Assembly: GCA_002430545.1 (NCBI GenBank)
Contig: DJCM01000013.1
Span: 28,620-92,619, forward strand
Origin: Flavobacteriaceae bacterium UBA5950
GTDB lineage: Bacteria > Bacteroidota > Bacteroidia > Flavobacteriales > Flavobacteriaceae
Length of the DNA stretch: 64,000 nt
Direction: 5' to 3'
Part shown: piece by piece, positions 1-8,288 of the stretch
How positions within the stretch are numbered: the first letter of the stretch is position 1
Layout of the letters: each line of letters opens with the position of its first letter
Made by a program: the position numbers and the translations under genes
The notes under the pieces: generated by a model
Databases searched by the model: none
The model's input: only the letters and a program-made list of their open reading frames with translations
What the model was told of the DNA's origin: nothing

Positions 1-1179
1 AATCAAAGCAGCTGCGATGTATGATAATGGTACAGTTGGGTTGGTGTAAGGAAAGGTTGTATTGCTGGCAGTTAGAGCATTGATAATTGCTAGCACAAAG
101 GATCCCAAAACAATGCCTATGATTCCAGAAGTCAAGCTTAAAAAAACAGATTCCAGAACGATTTGGCTTCGCACTTCCTTTGGCGTTGCACCAAGAGCCC
201 TGCGAATGCCAAGTTCTTTTGTTCGCTCCCGAACAGAGATTAACAGGATATTTCCGATGCCTATAATACCTGCAAATATTGTCGCAATACCAACAACCAA
301 AGACAGTAGGTTCATCCCTTTTGAAAATCCAATGACTCGATTGAAAATTTCCCCTAGGTTGAAAGACCCAAAAGCGCGTTCATCTTCTGGGTGTACATTG
401 TATTTTGATCGCATGGCTACCTTCACTTTCTCCTCCACAGCGAGGATATCAGCGTCGTCATAGGCAGCAAGAGCAAACCAGCCAATTCGATCGCCAGTGT
501 TATATAACTTTCGGAAGGTGGTGAATGGGATAAAAATATCTGAGTCACTCTCAAATCCACCCCCAGGGATATATTTATGTACCCCTACAACTTGAAAAAA
601 TACACCACTGATTCGAATATAACCCCCAATTGGGTTTTCATTATTCTCAAACAATTCAGACTGTGTGCGATCGCCAATCACACAAACCTTACGTTCTTGA
701 TCAATATCGGCTTGATTGATAAAGCGACCTCCGTCATAAATAAATTTAGTGGCAATCTTGGTGAAAATTGGATAATCTCCATAAATTGAATAGTCTCCCC
801 CCTTATTCTTTCGAACGACACTAGGAGCAGCACTTCCAAAAATGCCTATTGCATTTCGAGGGGCGATATATTGTAATTCAGGTACTCGATTATATAAATA
901 CTGCGCATCTTCTATTTTCAGTTGCAGGCTTCGACCTGTTTTGAAGCCTCCATAAGGCTTACTTGTATTTTGTGCCCATAAAAACATGCTATTGATCGCA
1001 ACGTTTTCAAACTGTCGATCGAAACCATTATCTAGACCTTTGGCAGCACCTGAAAGGGTGATGTAAATAAAAATCCCCCACAACACCCCAACAATAGTGA
1101 CTATGGTGCGAAGGCGATTTTTTTGGATCGATCCAAAAATCTCCTGCCATGTATCTCGGTCAAATAGAATTTTAAACAT
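1..1179 (-). CDS. ABC transporter permease, FtsX/MacB-like (C-terminus runs off the window edge)
   Basis: Absent from the ORF track because no stop codon lies inside the window. Manual translation from ATG at 1179 gives MFKILFDRDTWQEIFGSIQKNRLRTIVTIVGVLWGIF... I translated 421-1179 and the last about 240 nt by hand and found no stop; 241-420 was not hand-translated, but no competing minus-strand ORF is listed in the track. FtsX-type signature ...RERTKELGIRRALGATPKEV... near 130-240. Paralog of the adjacent permease. Its start overlaps the upstream stop (TAATG). Confidence 0.85.
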   Translation of the reverse strand, partial: MFKILFDRDTWQEIFGSIQKNRLRTIVTIVGVLWGIFIYITLSGAAKGLDNGFDRQFENVAINSMFLWAQNTSKPYGGFKTGRSLQLKIEDAQYLYNRVPELQYIAPRNAIGIFGSAAPSVVRKNKGGDYSIYGDYPIFTKIATKFIYDGGRFINQADIDQERKVCVIGDRTQSELFENNENPIGGYIRISGVFFQVVGVHKYIPGGGFESDSDIFIPFTTFRKLYNTGDRIGWFALAAYDDADILAVEEKVKVAMRSKYNVHPEDERAFGSFNLGEIFNRVIGFSKGMNLLSLVVGIATIFAGIIGIGNILLISVRERTKELGIRRALGATPKEVRSQIVLESVFLSLTSGIIGIVLGSFVLAIINALTASNTTFPYTNPTVPLSYIAAALI

Positions 1180-2408
1180 TATTCGTCTCTTAGTGCTACG
1201 ATGGGTTTTATTCGAGCGGCACGCTTGGCAGGTACATAGCCAGCAATTGCCCCAAAACCTATCAAAAGAAAAGTTGCAAAAATGGCTGTGCCAAGGTGGA
1301 TTTGTGGGTTATAAATAAAAAAATCTTCCAACTTGTCTCCTATCATCGCTAGTGTGCCTACGCCAGCAAACAAGCCAAGGTAGCCAGCAACAGTGGTGAT
1401 AAAAATTGATTCGTGCAATATCATACCAATAATCGATTTGGGGGTTGCACCAATGGCTTTGCGAATCCCTAGTTCTTTGGTACGCTCACGAACGACATAA
1501 ACCATGATGTTACTAATGCCAATGATCCCTGCAATCAGTGTTCCTATACCAACAAAGGTTACAATATATTGCAGTACAGAGGCAAAGTCTTGATTTTGCT
1601 TGAGGTCACTTGCCACATTTCGAACGTAAATTCCAGCTGGATCTTCTGGATCAATAAAGTGTTTTCGTTTTAAATACCTTTTGACATTTGCCTCGAGTTG
1701 CAGTGCGCCATTGTATCCGATTTCGGGACGAAACGTCAACACAATTTGGTCAATTTGGTCTGTTCCTCCCAACAAGCGCTGTTGGGTTGTGTAAGGGATA
1801 TAAACCATCCTCTCCTCATTATCTCCACCCTCGTCATAGAATAAACCAACGACTTTGAAAGCAACGTCGTTGATGATAACAAACTTGCCGAGGGGATCCT
1901 CAGGCTTAAATAAATCTTTCGCTACAAGACGACCAATCACTGCATGCTTGCTGTATTGTTCAACATCAATCTGGTTGATGTAGCGACCAGCATATACCAA
2001 AGATTTTTCTATCGATTGGTGTACAGGCCCTACTGCTCGAACAGTATAGGAGTTACTCTCTGTGTTATAACTGACCTGGGCACCTCTCGAAATTCGAGGT
2101 GTGATTCCTTCGACAAATAAACTGAAATCGGTTTGTATATCTTCAAGATCATCATTTTTAAATTCGATATTCCTACGCGATTTAAATCCCTTGTAGGGTT
2201 TGGTCGTTTGGGCAGGGTAGATCCACAGGGTGTTGGTTGCATCATCAAGAAAAAACTCTTGAAATGCGTTTTTCAGTCCATTGCCAAAGCCATAGAGTGT
2301 GACAAATATGAATATCCCCAAAGCAATCGTAAAACCAGAAAGAGAAGCTCTCAATTTGTTTTTACGAAGGGTTTCAAAAATCTCCCGCCAACGATCCCTA
2401 TTCCACAT
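1179..2408 (-). CDS. ABC transporter permease, FtsX/MacB-like
   Basis: N-terminus MWNRDRWREIFETLRKNKLRASLSGFTIALGIF aligns with the paralog's N-terminus. C-terminal RERTKELGIRKAIGATPKSI FtsX motif. The track start at 2450 is a TTG inside the ATPase gene, so I prefer ATG at 2408. Confidence 0.85.
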   Translation of the reverse strand: MWNRDRWREIFETLRKNKLRASLSGFTIALGIFIFVTLYGFGNGLKNAFQEFFLDDATNTLWIYPAQTTKPYKGFKSRRNIEFKNDDLEDIQTDFSLFVEGITPRISRGAQVSYNTESNSYTVRAVGPVHQSIEKSLVYAGRYINQIDVEQYSKHAVIGRLVAKDLFKPEDPLGKFVIINDVAFKVVGLFYDEGGDNEERMVYIPYTTQQRLLGGTDQIDQIVLTFRPEIGYNGALQLEANVKRYLKRKHFIDPEDPAGIYVRNVASDLKQNQDFASVLQYIVTFVGIGTLIAGIIGISNIMVYVVRERTKELGIRKAIGATPKSIIGMILHESIFITTVAGYLGLFAGVGTLAMIGDKLEDFFIYNPQIHLGTAIFATFLLIGFGAIAGYVPAKRAARIKPIVALRDE

Positions 2409-3102
2409 AGTCTTTCGCTTTTTTCTGTTTGATTTTTTTGTCCTCAACAATCACACCATCACTCAAATACACAATTCGTTTACACATATTAGCAATGTCC
2501 GATTCGTGAGTAATCACGACAATCGTTTTGCCTTGATCATTGATTTCTTGCAACAATGCCATCAGCTCATAAGAGGTTTTGGTATCGAGTGCTCCTGTTG
2601 GTTCATCGGCAAGAACTACCATAGGATTGGTGACCAATGCACGAGCAATGGCAACCCTTTGTTTTTCACCACCCGAAAGCTCGCTTGGAATGTGATGTGT
2701 ACGTTCACCCAAGCCAACTTTTGTCAATTGCTCTTTTGCTTTTATCTGACGTTCTTTTCTTGGCAATCCCTGATAATAAAGAGGTAGAGAAACGTTTTCA
2801 AGTGCGGTTTTGTATGAAATCAAATTAAACGATTGGAATACAAATCCCAAAAACTTGTTTCTGTATTGCGCTGCTTTTGTCTCGTTTAACTTCACGATTG
2901 GGGTGTTGTCGAGGCTGTAAGTACCAGCATCTGACTCATCAAGCATCCCCAAAATATTAAGCATTGTAGATTTCCCTGACCCAGATGCGCCCATAATTGC
3001 CACCATCTCTCCTTCTTCAACTGACAAGTTGATCCCTTTTAATACGTGTAATGGATAGGAGTCAAGGTTATACGACTTGTGGATGTCTTTCAACTCGATC
3101 AT
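2398..3102 (-). CDS. ABC transporter ATP-binding protein (MacB/LolD-type)
   Basis: Walker A GASGSGKST, signature LSGGEKQRVAIARAL, Walker B VVLADEPTGALD. Confidence 0.93.
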   Translation of the reverse strand: MIELKDIHKSYNLDSYPLHVLKGINLSVEEGEMVAIMGASGSGKSTMLNILGMLDESDAGTYSLDNTPIVKLNETKAAQYRNKFLGFVFQSFNLISYKTALENVSLPLYYQGLPRKERQIKAKEQLTKVGLGERTHHIPSELSGGEKQRVAIARALVTNPMVVLADEPTGALDTKTSYELMALLQEINDQGKTIVVITHESDIANMCKRIVYLSDGVIVEDKKIKQKKAKDYVE

Positions 3103-3252
3103 AAGCAGATTATAATTACAATTTGGTTGGGGTAAATATATGGATTTGTAAGGTAATATGCATTACAAAGTAATGATTATTTTACATCAGTAGCATTTGA
3201 GTACCCCAACGACTCTAATTAGTGACCATCATAAAGTCACTCAGCAAAAGTA

Positions 3253-3468
3253 TTATTTTTTGTAGAACTTTTGATAAACAATAAATCCAATCGTACCCAC
3301 AAGCAGGTATGGCATCATCATCAAATAAACGATTCCATCGTTTAATTGCTCTGCCATTTTTGCATCTGCTCCAGATTCGAGCACTGCTCTGCACATCGAG
3401 CACTGTGCAGTAAGAAATTGACTGCCAATCAAAAAGCTACAAACCAGTAAGATTTTTATTGATTTCAT
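3253..3468 (-). CDS. small secreted/membrane-anchored CxxC protein, uncharacterized
   Basis: 71 aa: N-terminal signal-like segment, then QCSMCRAV, then a C-terminal hydrophobic helix ending in KFYKK. ATGA start/stop overlap with the DUF420 gene. Confidence 0.6.
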   Translation of the reverse strand: MKSIKILLVCSFLIGSQFLTAQCSMCRAVLESGADAKMAEQLNDGIVYLMMMPYLLVGTIGFIVYQKFYKK

Positions 3469-4004
3469 GTGTAATAGGGTGCAATCATCAGATATACAAC
3501 AACACCTGTAACAGTCACATATAACCAGATAGGAAAGGCTATACGTGCTATTTTCTTGTGTGCAATAAAATCCACCAATACTGTTTTTGAATAGGCCAAT
3601 AGTACCAAGGGAATTAATACAATGGACAAAATAATATGTGATATCAATATCACTAGATAGATGGTTTTGGACGTTTGACTTGCTACAAAAACCCCATCAA
3701 CCATTCCATAAGGGGTTGGGTCGGACGTCATATGATAGGCGATATACATCACCAAAAAGGCAAGTGAAAATAAGATGTTTATCTTCATCAAGCTCTCGTG
3801 TAATTTGCGTTTTCCCTGTTTGATTGCAATCAGGGCGATTATTAAAAACACAGCTGTGAGTGCATTGATTGCAGAATAAATTGGAGGAAGCTGGTCGAGA
3901 GGCTCTACATTTGGTATTCGAACACGAAATAAAATCGCAACAACAACAGGAATTGCAATTGAGGTGACGATAATAAGTCGATTATACAGTTTTTTCTTAT
4001 TCAT
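3465..4004 (-). CDS. DUF420 (CtaM-like) membrane protein
   Basis: 179 aa with 4-5 hydrophobic helices. Sits directly after SCO1 in an oxidase cluster. Overall resemblance to the DUF420 family, recognised from memory. Confidence 0.7.
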   Translation of the reverse strand: MNKKKLYNRLIIVTSIAIPVVVAILFRVRIPNVEPLDQLPPIYSAINALTAVFLIIALIAIKQGKRKLHESLMKINILFSLAFLVMYIAYHMTSDPTPYGMVDGVFVASQTSKTIYLVILISHIILSIVLIPLVLLAYSKTVLVDFIAHKKIARIAFPIWLYVTVTGVVVYLMIAPYYT

Positions 4005-4698
4005 TTTCTAGCAATTTTGGGATGTCTTCCAACAGCATTTCTGTGCCTTGTTGATCGACATCTTTTTCATCGATGCCAAGATAGTAAACTATTGGGTTAC
4101 CAGCACTATCTATGCGAGATCGTATATAGCCTTGCTGGTCTACCAAAGCAAAATATCCTTGATGTTCAAAACCACCTGCGACATCGGGATTAATCCCTGC
4201 AAAAATATTAAACCCCCCATTGGCAAGCTCATAAATATAGTCTTGATCACCCGTGAGAAAATGCCAATTGGGACTAAATACTTCGTATGCTTCTGCATAA
4301 GTTTTTAGTTGTGAAGGGGTATCGGTTTCAGGGTCGATTGTTATCGATGCAATTCCAAAATCTTCTCGATTACCAAAAACAGTCTCGATTTTTTTCATAT
4401 TAACATTCATCCGAGGACAAATGGTGGGGCAGCTTGTAAAAAAGAATTCGACAAGATAAACCTTGCCTAGATAATCTTCATTGGAGATGAATAAACTGTC
4501 TTGATTGGTCAGAACAAAGTCGGGGACTTTTTTGTTCTCTCCATTTAGGTTGATATACACCAATTCATTTTGAGAGGCACTTAAGCGATTGGATGACACC
4601 CAATCCTGCTGTTGAATACGATTGACGATTTTGGGTACAAATAGAATCCCAAACACCAAAACGATAAAAGATATACCAATGTATGCGTTCTTTTTCAA
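3997..4698 (-). CDS. SCO1/SenC family copper chaperone
   Basis: Thioredoxin-fold CxxxC motif FFFTSCPTICP plus a downstream conserved His (GFEHQGYF). N-terminal membrane anchor. The only possible start is a TTG, 2 nt after the upstream stop. Confidence 0.88.
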   Translation of the reverse strand: MKKNAYIGISFIVLVFGILFVPKIVNRIQQQDWVSSNRLSASQNELVYINLNGENKKVPDFVLTNQDSLFISNEDYLGKVYLVEFFFTSCPTICPRMNVNMKKIETVFGNREDFGIASITIDPETDTPSQLKTYAEAYEVFSPNWHFLTGDQDYIYELANGGFNIFAGINPDVAGGFEHQGYFALVDQQGYIRSRIDSAGNPIVYYLGIDEKDVDQQGTEMLLEDIPKLLENE

Positions 4699-4700
4699 CC

Positions 4701-5324
4701 CTATATTTTTCGATCTGCGTTGTATTTCTTGAGCGCCAAACGATATTCTGCCAAAATAACTTTGACATCATCTACCATGTTGTTATGAATATCAGCTACA
4801 GAGCGTGCATCATATCCAACATTATCATTATCGTCCCTACCTCTTAGCGCTACCCCTTTGTCAATGATAAACACATAGGGCGAGCCAAGGGTTTCGTCCA
4901 ATGATAAGGGAGTATTAAGTCGATCGAAGACCAATTGAACTTGGACAGGGTCCAGAAATACGAATTTCCATCCTGTGGTATCTACTTGAGTGATTCGCGA
5001 CAGCTCATCAACCAATTGCTGGCATTCCTCTTCTGTGCCATAAGGTTGAACCATCATAAATTGAAAGTCATCAAAACCATGGAAACGCTTGTAGATTTTT
5101 TGATTGAGATTCAGTGCATTTCCTTTTTTTTGAGAAACATCGGTTCCCAAAAACCCAAGTATGGTGATTTTATCTTTGAATTGCTCATCAGAATACTCGG
5201 CAACATCAACAACTGTGTTGGTCACGATTGGGAGTTTTGCAAAGTGATTTACACCAGATGCAAAAAAAAGATATACCACTAGTGGAAGGACAAACAACAC
5301 GCTAAGTACGATGTACTTTTTCAC
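4701..5324 (-). CDS. SCO-like thioredoxin-fold protein lacking the CxxxC copper site
   Basis: 207 aa with an N-terminal anchor. KITILGFLGTDVSQKKGNALNLNQKIYKRF aligns by eye with SCO1 KVYLVEFFFTSCPTICPRMNVNMKKIETVF, but both Cys are replaced. GTG start. Confidence 0.6.
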   Translation of the reverse strand: MKKYIVLSVLFVLPLVVYLFFASGVNHFAKLPIVTNTVVDVAEYSDEQFKDKITILGFLGTDVSQKKGNALNLNQKIYKRFHGFDDFQFMMVQPYGTEEECQQLVDELSRITQVDTTGWKFVFLDPVQVQLVFDRLNTPLSLDETLGSPYVFIIDKGVALRGRDDNDNVGYDARSVADIHNNMVDDVKVILAEYRLALKKYNADRKI

Positions 5325-5333
5325 GTGACGGTC

Positions 5334-5714
5334 TTAAAAATTCCAGGAAACAAATCCGTCTGTCATCACATCATAGATGTAATCCGCCTCGATCAATAGT
5401 ATAAAAACAAGATATGGAATAAGAATCAGAAGTGGTAAAACTATCGAACTGGTAAAGTTTCGTCTTTCATCTCTCAGGTGCATAAAGTCCCAAGCGATAT
5501 AGTATGCTTTGATGATTGTAAGGATGATAAAAATCCAATTGAGAAGCTTCATCCCTAGGAATGTGTTCATTAGCACTTGTGGCTTAAAAATTCCAAGAAC
5601 GACCTCAATGAGAGTGACAATCGATAAGAAAATCAAAACCCCCCAAATTTTTTGGGTAATGGATTTAAAGGTTAAATAACCGCGAAAGATTGATAATTTA
5701 TGTTCTACTGCCAT
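5334..5714 (-). CDS. cytochrome c oxidase subunit IV family membrane protein
   Basis: About 126 aa with 3-4 TM helices, immediately downstream of CoxIII. ATG at 5714 lies 2 nt after the coxIII stop, so the track start at 5753 would overlap coxIII. Confidence 0.6.
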   Translation of the reverse strand: MAVEHKLSIFRGYLTFKSITQKIWGVLIFLSIVTLIEVVLGIFKPQVLMNTFLGMKLLNWIFIILTIIKAYYIAWDFMHLRDERRNFTSSIVLPLLILIPYLVFILLIEADYIYDVMTDGFVSWNF

Positions 5715-5716
5715 GA

Positions 5717-6697
5717 CTATACCAAATAAAAGAATGTAAATACAAATACCCAAACAAGGTCAACAAAGTGCCAATACAAACCGACCTTTTCAACCATTTC
5801 ATAGTGCCCTCTTTTTTCATAGGTTCCGATGACTACGTTGAAGAAAATAATAAGGTTGATTAAAACTCCTGTGAAAACGTGAAACCCGTGAAAGCCAGTA
5901 ATGAAGAAAAAGAAGTTCCCAAATAGTGGACTTCCGTATTCATTGCGAATGAGATTGGCTCCTTCAACCACATGTACGGCCTGTGAGATTTTGTTAATAG
6001 AAACCTCTCGATTGAGCACAATTTTATGCCCCTGCTCATCATTCTGTTGGGTTTTGATCAACAGCTGATCGTTGGCTAAAAATCCTGCTTTAACCTCATC
6101 CAAAGAGTAGGTTGGTAAAGTGGATTCTGTTACATACCAAACCCCATTTTTTGATTGATGTTGTGCTCTATCTGTCGGGATTGATGCTGCAAACGAACTC
6201 AAATTGACTCTTTTCCCAGTGTCTGCACTCACAAACTGTAAAATCTGACCTCCTTTTGTTTCGACTGCACCATACTGACCATTGATAAAGTTTTTCCATT
6301 CCCAGGCTTGTGAACCCAAAAAAACTGCGCCACCAACAACTGTGAGAAGCATATAAAAAGCAACTTTATTTTTCTTCATGTGATGACCTGCATCAACTGC
6401 AAGAACCATAGTAACTGATGAGAAAATCAGTACAAAAGTCATCAGTGCGACATAGTACATCGGGGCATCCACGCCATGTAAAAAAGGGAAGTGATTAAAG
6501 ACTTCATCGGCAATTGGCCAGGAATCGATGTATTTGAAACGAGAGAAGCCATAGGCTGCAAGAAAGCCTGAAAAAGTAAGCGCGTCGGAAACGATGAAAA
6601 ACCACATCATCATTTTTCCATAACTCGCATTTAGGGGTTTGTTACCGCCTCCCCATATATTTTCATTTTCTGATTGGTTTGTCAAGGTAGCGTCCAT
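5717..6697 (-). CDS. cytochrome c oxidase subunit III with a large hydrophilic insertion
   Basis: Heme-copper oxidase subunit III motifs: FFFFITGFHGFHVFTGV, GLYWHFVDLVWVFVF. Confidence 0.85.
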   Translation of the reverse strand: MDATLTNQSENENIWGGGNKPLNASYGKMMMWFFIVSDALTFSGFLAAYGFSRFKYIDSWPIADEVFNHFPFLHGVDAPMYYVALMTFVLIFSSVTMVLAVDAGHHMKKNKVAFYMLLTVVGGAVFLGSQAWEWKNFINGQYGAVETKGGQILQFVSADTGKRVNLSSFAASIPTDRAQHQSKNGVWYVTESTLPTYSLDEVKAGFLANDQLLIKTQQNDEQGHKIVLNREVSINKISQAVHVVEGANLIRNEYGSPLFGNFFFFITGFHGFHVFTGVLINLIIFFNVVIGTYEKRGHYEMVEKVGLYWHFVDLVWVFVFTFFYLV

Positions 6698-6723
6698 AAG
6701 AATGCATTACTATTTTGGTTGTA

Positions 6724-6731
6724 CAAAAATA
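6724..6731 (-). promoter_or_regulatory. candidate sigma-A -7 box (TATTTTTG) upstream of the large coxIII gene
   Basis: Exact TAnnTTTG match in the 40-nt spacer, 26 nt before the ATG. Confidence 0.35.
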
Positions 6732-6737
6732 CGTGAT

Positions 6738-7295
6738 TTATCGCAAAAAATATAGAAACAGAAACAAATAGACCCATAAAAATCCTAAAAAGTGCCAGAA
6801 GGTGTGTGCAAGGGAAAATCCAAGTGGATTTGTCGCATACTTTCCACGATTCAAATTGGTGATTACGACCAATAAAACAATGAGACCTGCAACCAAGTGC
6901 GCAAGGTGAACCAAGACCAATACATATAAAAATGAAGTGGTTACGTTGCTTTGGGCTCCTGTGAAATAATAACCCATTTCAACTAGGGATGAAAACCCCT
7001 GAAATTGAAACATCACAAATGCGATTGCCAAGGCAAGGGTTGCCCAAAGGTAGGCAGCAGTTGTTTTGGATTGTTTTATCAACTCTTTTTTGGCAAGCCA
7101 AAAAGTGAGGCTGCTTAAGAGAATCACAAGGGTGCTCCAATAAAGGGATGCTGGTAAACTAAAATCTTCAAGCCAGTCGGGTCTTGACTTGCTTACCACA
7201 TAGGCACTTGTTAGTCCTGCAAAAGTCATGGATATACTGATCATTGAAAACCATAACATCATTTTTTTTGCACGAATCTTTTTTACTTGTTCCAT
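6738..7295 (-). CDS. cytochrome c oxidase subunit III family protein (short paralog)
   Basis: 185 aa, 5 TM helices, C-terminal HTFWHFLGFLWVYLFLFLY as in the subunit III family. Confidence 0.75.
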   Translation of the reverse strand: MEQVKKIRAKKMMLWFSMISISMTFAGLTSAYVVSKSRPDWLEDFSLPASLYWSTLVILLSSLTFWLAKKELIKQSKTTAAYLWATLALAIAFVMFQFQGFSSLVEMGYYFTGAQSNVTTSFLYVLVLVHLAHLVAGLIVLLVVITNLNRGKYATNPLGFSLAHTFWHFLGFLWVYLFLFLYFLR

Positions 7296-8200
7296 TAGAT
7301 CAATTTATCAATTACATAAATGATTTGAATGAGTGAGATATAAATCACACTGACGATCATCAATTGTCTTGCCGATTCCTGATCGAGTTTTTGAAAGAGA
7401 CGCATGGCAGAGATGATTAGCCACAATCCTGATAAGGCAACCAAAACAGCAGCACCTACTGAAATCTGTAAATCACCTGTCAGCCCCAGTACTGGAAAAA
7501 CAGATATCACTAGTGTCCAAATACTATAAAGTACTGCTTGCAAAGCAGTTTTTCGATCTCGCTTTCCACTTGGCAGCATATTGATTCCTGCACTTTGATA
7601 GTCATCATACATCAGCCATCCAATCGCCCAAAAATGAGGGAATTGCCAAAAAAATTGAATCATAAAGAGTGTTCCTGCTTCAAGGCCAAAGGATCCTGTT
7701 GCAGCCACCCACCCGAGCATAAAAGGAATCCCACCTGGAAATGCCCCAACAAAAACTGCCAGTGGTGTTTTTGTTTTTAATGGTGTATAAACACTCGTGT
7801 ATAAAAACATTGAAATGGCAGCAAACATCGAGGTTTTAGGATTGATCGCATACAAGGCTGCCAATCCTAAAATCGAAAGGGCAACAGCAATCCAAAAGGC
7901 AGTTGTAGTCGTCATATAGCCTAATGGTATCGGGCGATTTTTGGTACGTTTCATAACTGCATCAATATCTCGCTCAATGATTTGATTAAACGCATTGGAT
8001 GCACCAGCGATGGCCAAACCACCAAAAAGAAGCAAACTCAATTCATTGGGATCAATGGTTTCACAGCCCAAGATATAACCAGCAATACTTGAAAATACAA
8101 CGCTAAAACTAAGACGTGCTTTGGTCAGTTGAGCAAAGTGTTGCGCAAAAGCCAATACGACAGTTGTAAATTTAGTCTGTGAAGTGGTTGTCTTTATCAT
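7295..8200 (-). CDS. cyoE: protoheme IX farnesyltransferase (heme O synthase)
   Basis: UbiA-family motif NQIIERDIDAVMKRTKNRPIP. The track start at 8218 is the TTG of a TATCTTTG promoter box, so ATG at 8200 (MIKTTTSQ) is preferred. Confidence 0.9.
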   Translation of the reverse strand: MIKTTTSQTKFTTVVLAFAQHFAQLTKARLSFSVVFSSIAGYILGCETIDPNELSLLLFGGLAIAGASNAFNQIIERDIDAVMKRTKNRPIPLGYMTTTTAFWIAVALSILGLAALYAINPKTSMFAAISMFLYTSVYTPLKTKTPLAVFVGAFPGGIPFMLGWVAATGSFGLEAGTLFMIQFFWQFPHFWAIGWLMYDDYQSAGINMLPSGKRDRKTALQAVLYSIWTLVISVFPVLGLTGDLQISVGAAVLVALSGLWLIISAMRLFQKLDQESARQLMIVSVIYISLIQIIYVIDKLI

Positions 8201-8215
8201 GTTGCAATTCGCTGG

Positions 8216-8223
8216 CAAAGATA
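8216..8223 (-). promoter_or_regulatory. candidate -7 box (TATCTTTG) upstream of cyoE
   Basis: Exact TAnnTTTG match, 15 nt before ATG 8200 and just downstream of the TonB-gene terminator. Confidence 0.5.
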
Positions 8224-8256
8224 CTGCACCTTAGTACTTTAGACAACGATTCGACA

Positions 8257-8283
8257 TAAAAAAACCCAGTAAAAACTGGGTTT
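8257..8283 (-). terminator. rho-independent terminator after the TonB-like gene
   Basis: Minus-strand RNA AAACCCAGU-UUUU-ACUGGGUUU followed by UUUU. 9-bp stem, 6 nt downstream of the stop at 8289. Confidence 0.75.
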
Positions 8284-8288
8284 ATATT

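Noticed and set aside
62-1318. Plus-strand ORFs 62-463, 577-789 and 1097-1318 listed in the track
   Set aside because: They lie antisense to a continuous minus-strand frame (1-1179) that encodes a clear FtsX-type permease. Their products are low-complexity with no recognisable motifs. They are shadow ORFs.
2299-2787. 162-aa plus-strand ORF across the ABC ATPase/permease junction. Similar antisense ORFs occur at 41560-42060, 34993-35421, 49236-49676, 51930-52364 and 53986-54423.
   Set aside because: All are antisense to confidently identified genes and have no recognisable domains, promoter boxes or coupling signals.
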